This document shows positions 35,360 through 44,230 of a DNA stretch of 64,000 bases, piece after piece; the first letter of the stretch is position 1; each line of letters opens with the position of its first letter. The stretch comes from an uncultured Acidobacteriota bacterium (lineage in GTDB: Bacteria; Acidobacteriota; Thermoanaerobaculia; UBA5066; Gp7-AA6). Made by a program: the position numbers and the translations under genes. The stretch spans positions 600,881 to 664,880 of the forward strand of contig CAVXRK010000009.1 of NCBI GenBank assembly GCA_963764025.1, read 5' to 3'. The notes under the pieces are model-generated. The model was not told where the DNA came from and searched no databases. It saw only the letters and a program-made list of their open reading frames with translations.

Positions 35360-36571
35360 CTAGACGAGCTTGAGCAGGTGCCCCATCTTGTTCTTCTTGG
35401 CTTCGAGGTACTTGCGGGAGCGGTCGGTCGGATTGACCTCGAGGGGGACGCGCTCCACGATCTCCAGGCCGTAGCCGTCGATCGCCACATACTTGGACGG
35501 GTTGTTCGTCATCAGGCGCATTTTGCGCACGCCGAGGTCGCGCAGGATCTGACAGCCCACCCCGTAGTTGCGGATGTCGGGCGGAAAGCCGAGCTTTTCA
35601 TTGGCCGAGACGGTGTCGTGCCCCTGGTCCTGCAGCTCGTAGGCCTTGAGCTTGTTGATCAGGCCGATCCCCCGCCCCTCCTGCAGGAGGTACAGGAAGA
35701 CGCCCCGGCCGGCCTCGACGATCTTCTCCATGGCGAGCTCGAGCTGCTCGCCGCAGTCGCACCGGGCCGAGCCGAAAACGTCTCCCGTGAGGCACTGGGA
35801 GTGGACGCGGACGAGGACCGGCTCCTCTTCGCCGATGTCGCCGTGGACGAGCGCGAGGTGCTCCTCGTGGGTCACGTCGCTTCGGTACGCGTAGAGCTTG
35901 AACTCGCCCATCCGCGTGGGCAGGTGCGGCGACGCGATCCGGTGCACCAGGCGCTCGTTCCCCATCCGGTAGCGGATGAGGTCGGCCACCGTGACCATGG
36001 CGAGTCCGTGCCGCGCGCAGAACTTCGTGAGGTCCGGCACGCGCGCCATCGTGCCGTCCTCGTTCATGACCTCGCAGAGGACGGCCGACGGGTTGAGGCC
36101 TGCGATCCGCGCGAGATCCACCGAGGCCTCGGTCTGCCCCGCCCGCTTCAGCACGCCGCCGGTCTGCGCCCGCAGCGGGAACATGTGGCCGGGACGGTTG
36201 AGGTCCGAGGGCCTGGTCGCCGGATCGATCGCGGTCAGCACCGTCGCCGCCCGGTCCGCCGCGGAGATGCCGGTCGTCGTCCGTCCTCGCGCCTCGATCG
36301 AGACCGTGAACGCGGTTCCGAAGTTGGACGTGTTTTCCTCGACCATCGGGGGCAGCTCCAGCTCCGCGCAACGCTCCTCGGTCAGCGCCAGGCAAATGAG
36401 GCCGCGGCCCTCCCGCGCCATGAAGTTGATGGCCTGGGCCGAGGCCTTCTCGGCGGCAAGGACGAGGTCGCCCTCGTTCTCCCGGTCCTCGTCGTCGACC
36501 ACGACGACGAACTTCCCCGCCCGGAGGTCCTCGATGGCCTGCTCGATGGTCGAGAACGGTGTGTCGGACAT
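35360..36571 (-). CDS. ribBA: Bifunctional 3,4-dihydroxy-2-butanone-4-phosphate synthase / GTP cyclohydrolase II.
   Basis: 403 aa. The DHBP synthase half reads RENEGDLV. The GCHII half has the zinc motif CDCGEQ. Confidence 0.9.
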   Translation of the reverse strand: MSDTPFSTIEQAIEDLRAGKFVVVVDDEDRENEGDLVLAAEKASAQAINFMAREGRGLICLALTEERCAELELPPMVEENTSNFGTAFTVSIEARGRTTTGISAADRAATVLTAIDPATRPSDLNRPGHMFPLRAQTGGVLKRAGQTEASVDLARIAGLNPSAVLCEVMNEDGTMARVPDLTKFCARHGLAMVTVADLIRYRMGNERLVHRIASPHLPTRMGEFKLYAYRSDVTHEEHLALVHGDIGEEEPVLVRVHSQCLTGDVFGSARCDCGEQLELAMEKIVEAGRGVFLYLLQEGRGIGLINKLKAYELQDQGHDTVSANEKLGFPPDIRNYGVGCQILRDLGVRKMRLMTNNPSKYVAIDGYGLEIVERVPLEVNPTDRSRKYLEAKKNKMGHLLKLV

Positions 36572-36594
36572 GAGCCCGCTATTGTAGGCCGGCC

Positions 36595-36685
36595 GGGGTC
36601 AGGTCTTCACTTTTTCCAATTTCCGACGGGCCGGGCTGGGGGGGTTTGCGGCCGCCGAAATCCGAAAAATGAAGACCTGACCCCC
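36595..36685. repeat. Family A palindromic element, copy 3. The arms are GGGGTCAGGTCTTCACTTTTTCC and GAAAAATGAAGACCTGACCCCC.
   Basis: Read directly. The right terminus ends in CCCCCTA, where CTA is the TAG stop of the mutase gene on the minus strand. It lies between the mutase 3' end and the ribBA 5' end. Confidence 0.8.
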
Positions 36686-38374
36686 TACAACACGACGCGC
36701 GCCGGCTCCTCGTAGGTCGCGAAGACCTCGCGCATGACGTCGGAGATCTCGCCGACCGTCGCGTAGGTCTTGACCGCGTCGACGAGCGGCGGCATGACGT
36801 TCTTCCCGTCCCGGCAGGCCTGCCGCAGGGCCGCGAGCGCGGCCGTGACCGCCCGTCCGTCCCGCGTGCGGCGCAGCTCCACGACGGCCTTCTTCTGCAC
36901 CTCCTCGACCGCGTCGTCGATGGTAGAGGATCTCGAGGGGATGTTCCTCCTCGTCCACGAAGTCGTTGACGCCGACGACGATCTTCTGCTTCGCGTCGAC
37001 CGCGCGCTGGTAGGCGTAGGCCGCGTCCATGATCTCGCGCTGCGGGAACCCGGCCTCGATCGCCTCGACCATCCCCCCGAGCTCGTCGATCCGCCGGAAG
37101 TAGTCGAAGCAGCCGCGCTCCATCTTCGTCGTCAGGTCCTCGACGAAGTAGGAGCCGCCGAGCGGGTCGATCGTGTTGGCGACGCCCGACTCGTGGGCGA
37201 TGACCTGCTGCGTGCGCAGGGCGAGCTTCACGGCGAAGTCCGTCGGCAGGGCGAGCGTCTCGTCGAGCGAGTTGGTGTGGAGGGAGTTCGTTCCGCCGAG
37301 AACGCCGGCGAGTGCCTGGATTGCCGTGCGCACGACGTTGTTGTAGGGCTGCTGGGCCGTCAGCGAGCAGCCGGCCGTCTGGGTGTGGAACCGGCACATC
37401 CAGGAGCGCGGGTCCTTCGCGCCGAAGCGCTCCCGCATCGTCTTCGACCAGATGCGGCGGGCCGCGCGGAACTTGGCGATCTCCTCGAAGAAGTCGTTGT
37501 GCGAGTTGAAGAAGAAGGAGAGGCGCGGCGCGAACTCGTCGACCGGCAGGCCCGCCTCGATCCCGTATTGAACGTACTCGACGCCGTCCCGCAGCGTGAA
37601 GGCGAGCTCCTGGAGGGCGGTCGAGCCCGCCTCGCGGATGTGGTACCCCGAGATCGAGATGGTGTTCCACTTCGGGACGTGCTTCGCGCAGAAAGCGAAC
37701 TGGTCCGTCACGAGCCGCATCGAGGGCCGCGGCGGGAAGATGTACTCCTTCTGGGCGATGTACTCCTTGAGGATGTCGTTCTGCAGCGTGCCGCCGACCT
37801 TCTCCCACGGCGTCCCGTGCTTCTCGGCGACCGCGAGGTACATCGCCAGCGCGATCGGGGCCGTCGAGTTGATCGTCATCGAGGTCGTGACGCGCCCGAG
37901 ATCGATGCCGTCGAAGAGGACCTCCATGTCGCGGAGCGAATCGATTGCGACCCCGCACTTGCCGACCTCGCCGCGGGCCATCTCGTGGTCCGAGTCGTAG
38001 CCGTAAAGGGTCGGCAGGTGAAAGGCCGTCGAGAGCCCCGTCTGGCCGTGGTCGAGGAGGTAGTGGAAACGCTGGTTGGTCTGCTTCGCCGTGCCGTAGC
38101 CGGCGAACTGGCGCATCGTCCAGAGCTTGCCGCGGTACCCCGTCGCCTGGACGCCGCGGGTGAACGGGTGTTCGCCGGGCCAGCCGAGGTCGCGCTCGAA
38201 GTCGAAGCCCGGCTGCGTGTCGGGAGCCGCGAGCGGCTCGACCGGCGCGCCCGAAACCGTCGTCCAGTCTCGCTTCCAGGCCGCCGCCTTCTCGAATGCC
38301 TTGCCGGACTTCTCGGCCCAGCGCCGGCGGCCGGCCGCGACCGCCTCGGGCACCAGCGGGTCTTTGTCGCTCAT
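36685..38374 (-). CDS. Methylmalonyl-CoA mutase-family large (substrate-binding TIM-barrel) subunit lacking a B12 domain (split type), frameshifted near the 3' end in this assembly.
   Basis: ATG at 38374 (MSDKDPLV...). Reads [35 protein letters not shown]. After ...PLEILY the frame shifts because of an extra C at ~36925, continuing as [16 protein letters not shown]...[30 protein letters not shown]. Confidence 0.8.
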
Positions 38375-38438
38375 GCCGAAATGATACGACGGGCCGGGGC
38401 GCGGGATAAGATCCCGGCAGGCATCGCTGGAGGTGCGT

Positions 38439-38909
38439 GTGAAGGGTGATCCCGAGATCCTCAAGGTCCTGCAGGACGTCCTGTCGGCCGAGCTGACGGC
38501 CATCAATCAGTACTTCATCCACGCCCGGATGCTCCGCAACTGGCGCTACATGCGCCTGGCGGACCACACCGAGAAAGAGTCGATCGGCGAGATGAAGCAC
38601 GCTCAGGAGGTCATGGACCGGATCCTCTACTTCGACGCGTCGCCGAACATGCAGAAGTACATGAAGATCAACGTCGGGAAGACCGTTCCCGAGATGATGA
38701 AGGTCGACCTCGACCTCGAGCTCGACGCCGTCCAGCGTCTGAACGCCGGCATTCACCTGGCGACCCAGAAGGGCGACAACGGGTCGCGGTCCCTCTTCGA
38801 GCGGATCCTCATTTCCGAAGAGGAGCACATCGACTGGATCGAGGCCCAGCTCCAGCAGCTCAACGACATCGGGGCCGCCAACTACCTCGCCCAGCAGATC
38901 GAGGGCTGA
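38439..38909 (+). CDS. bfr: Bacterioferritin.
   Basis: (M)[30 protein letters not shown] with ferroxidase Glu/His residues. A GGAGG RBS lies 5 nt upstream of the GTG. Confidence 0.85.
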   Translation: MKGDPEILKVLQDVLSAELTAINQYFIHARMLRNWRYMRLADHTEKESIGEMKHAQEVMDRILYFDASPNMQKYMKINVGKTVPEMMKVDLDLELDAVQRLNAGIHLATQKGDNGSRSLFERILISEEEHIDWIEAQLQQLNDIGAANYLAQQIEG

Positions 38910-38988
38910 AGCCGGGACTCCACTCCCTCGGCCGCCGGCACGACTTCTGCATCGTCCGGGAACGTCCCTCGTCGGACGGCACCGGAGG

Positions 38989-39795
38989 TTGCCCCCGATG
39001 AACCGTGCTCCGGTCTGGCTGCGATCTCTCTTCTGTCTGGCGCTGGCGGCCGGGTGCTCCGGCGCGGGCCGCCGCGACGCGGCCATCACCCAGCGCGTCC
39101 GGTCGGTCATGGAAAGCGACCCGATCGTCCAGAGTCCGGACCTCTCGATCACGACCCGCGCGGGGGTCGTCACGCTCGAGGGCGAGGTTCCCGACGAGTT
39201 CGCGCACCTGCGCGCGGTCGAGATCGTCCGCCAGACCCCCGGCGTCGTTCAGGTCGTCGACCGCCTCCGCACGCCTTCGCTCGGCATGCCGGCGGGAGCG
39301 CCCGTCCTCGTGCCCCGCGCGGTCCGGGCCTCCCTGCCCGCCTCGCGCCCGGAGCGAGGGCCCGCCGTCGAAGGAGCAGCGGCGGCCGCGGAGGCTCCGG
39401 AGCTCGTGCCCGCGCGGACCGGCGAAATCGAACTCGAGGCCGCCCCGCCGGCTCCGGCGGAACGCGATGCAGCGCCCGCCACTCCGTCGGAGCCGCAGGC
39501 CCCGGCCGCCGAGGCCTGGACGGCCGGCGCGCCCGACGTCCCCCCCGCGTCCCCGGCACTGGATCTTCCGGTGGCCATGTCGGACGAGGACGCGGCGATC
39601 TCGGTCGGCGTCCGCGCGAGGGTCGAAGAAGTCGCGCCGAGCGGCCGCATCCAAGTCGCGACCCGGCGCGGCGTCGTCACCCTGTCCGGCGTCGTCGACA
39701 CGGAGCTCGAAAAATCGCAGGCGCTCCAGGCCGCCCGGGGCGTCCCGGGCGTCGAACGGGTCGAGGACCGGATCCTGGTGCTACGTTCCTGCCTA
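38989..39795 (+). CDS. BON-domain lipoprotein (two BON domains). The 3' end is uncertain.
   Basis: Signal peptide with lipobox LAAGC. BON repeats read ITQRVRSVMESDPIV...VVQVVDRL and ISVGVRARVEEV...VERVEDRI. The ORF has no stop at the expected end (~39800) and runs antisense through the aldolase gene to 41133. Confidence 0.6.
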
Positions 39796-40962
39796 GGCGC
39801 GAAGCGCGGCTTCCATCGTCGCCGCGAGCGCGGCGCCGGACATCCGCGCCCAGGTCTCGTTGACCGTCAGCCAGTAGCTTGCGTCCGATTCCGGGTGCGG
39901 AAGAACGACGCCGCGCGCCTCGAGCCGGGCGCGGTAGTCGGCCGGCGCCCCGCGAACCGTCAGCCGGATCCGGCTCGTGCCGTCCTTGACGCGCTCGAAC
40001 GCGAAGACGTCGGATCCGGCGAGCGCGGAGACGAGGGCCTCGGAAACGACGATCCCGGCGCGCAGTCGCTCGAGAACTCCGTCGGCGTAATGTCGCGCGA
40101 CGGCGGCGAAGGGCCAGGCGGCGTGCAGCGCCCCGCCGAACATCCGGCGCTCGTGGTAGAGGTCGTCGAGCTCGGCGCCGGGCCCCGCGAGGATCGCGCC
40201 GCTGCCCGAGGAGAACGACTTCCAGAGCGAGACGTAGACCGTGTCGAAGAAGGCGGAGTACTCCGCGGGCGCGATGCCCGTGTACGCGGAGGCGACGATG
40301 AGGCGCGCGCCGTCGAGATGGAGACCGATCCCCCGCTCCCGCGCCAGGGCCGAGATCGCCCGCATCTGGCCGAGATCGAACATCGCGCCGTGGAGCCGCC
40401 GCACGGGGGACTCGATCGAGATGACGCCGACCCCCGTCGCGACGCGGCCGGACGCGGTTCTCGCGAGCTCGGCCTCGACTTCCTCCCGCGTGAAGGTCGC
40501 CCGGCCGGGCGCGAGCGGGACGAGGTTGAGCCCGGACAGCCGTTCGACGCAGTCCCCCGAATCGTTGGAGAGGTGGCTCTCGGCCTGGACGATGACGCGC
40601 GACCGGCCTTTCGCGAGGCGCCGCACGGCGAGCTGGTTGGCGAGCGTCCCGCTCGGCAGAAACACCGCCCGCTCCTTGCCGAGCATCTGCGCGAAGGTCT
40701 TCTCGAGCGCCTCGACCTCGCCTCCCCGCGAGTAGTCGTCCTCGATGAGCCCGACGGAGAGCCTCCGCACGAGCTCGGCGAACTCGACGGCCGTCAGACC
40801 CAGGCCGTCGACATCCATGTTGACGACCCGCGAGGGCGCGGCCGCGGGAACCGGGGCGGCGCCGGCGAGCCCGCTTCCCCAGGCCAGGCTCGTCGCGGCC
40901 GAGAGGCCGAAGAGCCTCCGGCGGGAGAGGTCAGCGGGCTTCCCGACGCGGTCTGGTGTCAT
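39793..40962 (-). CDS. Threonine aldolase-like PLP enzyme (beta-eliminating lyase family) with a twin-arginine signal peptide.
   Basis: MTPDRVGKPADLSRRRLFGLSAATSLAWGSGLAGAA has an RRRLF Tat motif. The PLP fold shows LPSGTLANQLAV. The upstream 44 aa of ORF 39793..41094 are probably not translated. Confidence 0.7.
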   Translation of the reverse strand: MTPDRVGKPADLSRRRLFGLSAATSLAWGSGLAGAAPVPAAAPSRVVNMDVDGLGLTAVEFAELVRRLSVGLIEDDYSRGGEVEALEKTFAQMLGKERAVFLPSGTLANQLAVRRLAKGRSRVIVQAESHLSNDSGDCVERLSGLNLVPLAPGRATFTREEVEAELARTASGRVATGVGVISIESPVRRLHGAMFDLGQMRAISALARERGIGLHLDGARLIVASAYTGIAPAEYSAFFDTVYVSLWKSFSSGSGAILAGPGAELDDLYHERRMFGGALHAAWPFAAVARHYADGVLERLRAGIVVSEALVSALAGSDVFAFERVKDGTSRIRLTVRGAPADYRARLEARGVVLPHPESDASYWLTVNETWARMSGAALAATMEAALRA

Positions 40963-41027
40963 GGACGAGCCTCCGTCATCTGCAAGTTTCTCAACGAGTC
41001 GTTCGCGGCGGCCATCGGTCCCTGGCG

Positions 41028-41070
41028 GCCTCCCCTCCTCTCCCGGCGGGAGACGGTCGGGGGGAGGGGC
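41028..41070. repeat. Solo hairpin related to the family B terminus (CCTCTCCCGGCGGGAGA...GGGGGGAGGGG).
   Basis: Read directly. It lies between the radical SAM gene 3' end and the aldolase 5' end. Confidence 0.5.
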
Positions 41071-41104
41071 GCTTCCGACTCGATCGCCGGGCACGGAAGG
41101 GCAT

Positions 41105-42175
41105 TCACAAAGCCGGGAGCACCGCCGACTTGACGAGGTGCGCCGCCCCCGACACCGAGAACGGAAGCGACGAGGTCATGAAGCAGGAGTGCGTGCACCA
41201 GCACTCGCGGTTGGCGATCCGTCGCCGCATCGCGACGGCCTTCTCCGAGAACCAGGCCTTCTTGAACGAGTAGCCGAAGTCCCGAATGTTGCCGATCTCC
41301 CATTGCACTTCGCAGAGCGAGACCGTGCCCTCGGGGTTGAGGACGCCCGAGATCGTGCCGGCGTAGCAGGGGTAGACCATGCGCTCCTGCTCGAGCGTCT
41401 CGAGCTCGGCCGTGCGGGCGCCGACCTTCAGATTGCGAAGGACCGGGTTGTAGTTGCCGAACCTCGACCAGTAGGGCCGGAGGAACCGGAGCGCCCCCGC
41501 GTACTCGGCGGGCGTGAGCGCCCGGATCGACGGATCGGGAAACGGCGGCCGCAGGAGCTCGAAGGAGTGGAAGTTGATTTCCGGCAGGTTGACGGAGACC
41601 CAGGCCGTGATTTCGGCGAGGTCGTTCATGTTGAACGAGGCCAGCACCGTCTGCACGTTGAGCGTGAAACCCCGGGACTTCCGCTTCAGCGCCGCCAGCC
41701 GGCGGTACGTCTCCTCGAGCTTGACGAAGTTGCCGGGCGCGCCGCGGATGAAGTCGTGCCGTTCGCCGAGGTGATCGAGCGAAAGCCCGACGGTGAAGGT
41801 CTGGCGTTCGTCCCGGCGCGACTCGAGCACGCGCGCCACGATCGACTCGACCTGTTCCGGGATGATGGAGTTGGTCGGCATCGTCACGTTCGACGCGTCG
41901 TGGCGCCGGTACAGGAGCCGCGTGATGTCGGGCAGCTCGCGATTCAGGGTCGGTTCCCCGCCCGTCAGGACCACCGAGTAGAGCGCCCCGAGGTCCGAAA
42001 GGGCCCGGTCGTACTCCTCGAGCTTCATCTCCAGGTGGCGGTTCACGTTGAGGTGATCCCAGTAGAAGCACGTCACGCACTTGGAGTTGCAGAGGTTCGT
42101 CATGCCGAGAATGAGGTAGCGCGGCAGAGTCTCCCGGCCCCGCAGCCAGTGCGCGGCGAGCGCGATCGACTTCAT
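41105..42175 (-). CDS. Radical SAM protein with a C-terminal SPASM/twitch-like cysteine cluster.
   Basis: The ATG at 42175 overlaps the GT2 stop as ATGA. The CNSKCVTC motif (CxxxCxxC) is present. The C-terminal cysteines read CYAGT...SLCEVQ...CWCTHSC. Confidence 0.8.
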   Translation of the reverse strand: MKSIALAAHWLRGRETLPRYLILGMTNLCNSKCVTCFYWDHLNVNRHLEMKLEEYDRALSDLGALYSVVLTGGEPTLNRELPDITRLLYRRHDASNVTMPTNSIIPEQVESIVARVLESRRDERQTFTVGLSLDHLGERHDFIRGAPGNFVKLEETYRRLAALKRKSRGFTLNVQTVLASFNMNDLAEITAWVSVNLPEINFHSFELLRPPFPDPSIRALTPAEYAGALRFLRPYWSRFGNYNPVLRNLKVGARTAELETLEQERMVYPCYAGTISGVLNPEGTVSLCEVQWEIGNIRDFGYSFKKAWFSEKAVAMRRRIANRECWCTHSCFMTSSLPFSVSGAAHLVKSAVLPAL

Positions 42176-43182
42176 CGCGCCGCCGTCCCCAGGACGCCCC
42201 GCCCGATCCCGGCCAGCAGGCCCGCGAGGTACGTCGCGTGGTGGACCGCGAACGCAAAGGGCACGGCCGGGAAGAGAGCCACGTCGCGGCGCCAGAGCGG
42301 GAAGGAGAGCGCCCAGGCGACCAGAGCGTAGCCGGCCGCGGCGGGAACGAGGAACCCCGTTCCCCACAGGGCCCCGCCGGCGGAGGCCGCGAAGGCGCCC
42401 GCGAGAAACGTGGCCACTCGCCCGCGCGCGTGGAGCCCGGGCTTCTCGATGAGCAACCTCCCGGTCTTGACGCGGTAGCGCCAGCGCTGCGCGAGGTAGG
42501 GCCCGGGGAACGCGCGCCGCCGGTGCCGGACGCGAACTGAGGGGTCGAGGACGACCTTCGCTCCGCCGTCGAGCGCCCGGCGGACGAAGTCCGTGTCCTC
42601 GCCGATGTAGCCGAACGACTCGTCGAATCCCTGGAGGGCCTCGAACCGCTCGCGCCGCACGAAGAGGTTGCAGAGCGCGACGTCGTGCGCCGACCGCACC
42701 GGCCCGCCCCGCGGGTTCCACTCGTGGGCGGGGACGCCGCTTCCGATCCCGGGTGTGGCGAGAAGGAGGTTGGCGAGCCGCTCGCCGTAGGGCGCGTCGC
42801 GCGGCCCCGGATCGGGCCCGCCGACGACGTCGGCCTCGGCGCAGGCGGCCGCGCCCGCGGCGAGCCAGCCCGGCTCGGCGGTGGCGTCGTCGTCGAGGAA
42901 CGCGAGAACGTTTCCCCGGGCCTCCCGTGCCGCGGCATTGCGGCGCCGGGCCGGATTCCGGGCGTCGGCCCGGATCCAGCGGACCGGAAAGGCGAGCCCG
43001 TCGACCGCCGGCGGCTGCGCCGAGCAGACGACGGCCTCGAACTCCGGGCCGCCGCGCTGCCCGTCGAGCGAGCGAAGACACTCCGGCAGGAGCGTCTCGA
43101 CGCGGTCCGAGGCGATGAGGACGGAAACGGCAGGCTCCACGCCCCGATGATAAGCGCCCGCCGCGGCCGAGCGCGAATTCAC
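42172..43182 (-). CDS. Family 2 glycosyltransferase with C-terminal transmembrane helices.
   Basis: VSVLIASDR...AFLDDDA (the GT-A fold DXD motif). The C-terminal ~90 aa are hydrophobic. The start is a GTG at 43182 or an internal GTG at ~43140. Confidence 0.75.
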   Translation of the reverse strand: MNSRSAAAGAYHRGVEPAVSVLIASDRVETLLPECLRSLDGQRGGPEFEAVVCSAQPPAVDGLAFPVRWIRADARNPARRRNAAAREARGNVLAFLDDDATAEPGWLAAGAAACAEADVVGGPDPGPRDAPYGERLANLLLATPGIGSGVPAHEWNPRGGPVRSAHDVALCNLFVRRERFEALQGFDESFGYIGEDTDFVRRALDGGAKVVLDPSVRVRHRRRAFPGPYLAQRWRYRVKTGRLLIEKPGLHARGRVATFLAGAFAASAGGALWGTGFLVPAAAGYALVAWALSFPLWRRDVALFPAVPFAFAVHHATYLAGLLAGIGRGVLGTAAR

Positions 43183-43213
43183 GTCGTGTAAACTCCCGGT
43201 TTCTGGAGCCCGC

Positions 43214-44230
43214 TTGGATCTGACGCGCGAAAAGAAGCTCGAGCTCTACCGCTTCATGCGGTTGAACCGCGTCGTCGAGGAACGGCTCGTCAACCTCTAC
43301 CGACAGGGCAAGGTGGTCGGCGGCCTCTACCGGTCGCTCGGCCAGGAAGCCACGTCCGTGGGGACGGCGGCGGCGCTCAACCCGGGCGACATCGTGGGGC
43401 CGCTCATCCGCAACCTCGGCGCCATCCTGGTCATGGGTTACACGCCGCGGGACGTCATAACGCAGTACATGGCCCGCGCCACCTCGCCGTCGGGCGGCAA
43501 GGACTGCAATCTCCACTTCGGCCGCCCCGACCGCGGCGTCATCTCCCCCATCTCCATGCTCGGCGCACTCGTCCCGGTCATGGCCGGCATCGCGCTCGCG
43601 GCCCGCATGCAGAAGAAGGACATCGTCACGATGACCTGGATCGGCGACGGCGGGACCTCGACGGGCGCGTTCCACGAGGGCATCAACTTCGCCGCGGTCC
43701 AGAACCTGCCGCTCGTCGTCATCGCCGAGAACAACGGCTGGGCGTACTCGACTCCGTTCCGCAAGCAGACCGCGGCACGCTGCCTCGCCGACAAGGCCGT
43801 CGCGTACGGGATCCCCGGGGAGCAGGTCGACGGCAACGACGTGCTCGCGGTCCACGCCGCGGCCCGGCGCGCGGTCGATCGGGCGCGCTCGGGCGGCGGT
43901 CCGACGCTCGTCGAGGCCGTGACCTACCGCATGAAAGGCCACGCCGAGCACGACGCGCAGGCCTACGTCCCGAAGGCGGAACTCGAGGAGTGGAAGCAGA
44001 AGGACCCGATCGCGCGCTACTCGGCCGTCCTCGTCGAATCCGGCGCGGCCTCGGGCAACGAGCTCGCCGGCATCGACCAGGCGATCGCCGAAGAAGTCGA
44101 CCGCGAAGTCGAGCGCGCCGAGGCGAGCCCGCTGCCGGCGCCGGAGTTCGCGATGGAGGGCGTCTACGCCCGCCCCGCCGCCCCCGCCGCGCCGCCGCCG
44201 TCGCCCTCGATCGTCCGGAGGCGGCCGTGA
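43214..44230 (+). CDS. 2-oxoacid (pyruvate/branched-chain) dehydrogenase E1 component alpha subunit.
   Basis: TPP-binding motif GDGGTSTGAFHEGINFAAV...ENNGWA. Confidence 0.85.
   Translation: MDLTREKKLELYRFMRLNRVVEERLVNLYRQGKVVGGLYRSLGQEATSVGTAAALNPGDIVGPLIRNLGAILVMGYTPRDVITQYMARATSPSGGKDCNLHFGRPDRGVISPISMLGALVPVMAGIALAARMQKKDIVTMTWIGDGGTSTGAFHEGINFAAVQNLPLVVIAENNGWAYSTPFRKQTAARCLADKAVAYGIPGEQVDGNDVLAVHAAARRAVDRARSGGGPTLVEAVTYRMKGHAEHDAQAYVPKAELEEWKQKDPIARYSAVLVESGAASGNELAGIDQAIAEEVDREVERAEASPLPAPEFAMEGVYARPAAPAAPPPSPSIVRRRP

Noticed and set aside
41105-43182. Assigning the GT2 and radical SAM pair as the hopanoid HpnI/HpnH(J) system.
   Set aside because: No squalene-hopene cyclase, HpnG, HpnK or other hopanoid genes are in the window, and family-level motifs cannot be verified by eye, so the call is kept generic.
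40959-43951. Giant minus-strand ORFs 40959..42938 (659 aa) and 41105..43951 (948 aa).
   Set aside because: The real genes are the radical SAM (41105-42175) and, in another frame, the GT2 (42172-43182). The upstream extensions are R/G-rich and run antisense into the E1 alpha gene.
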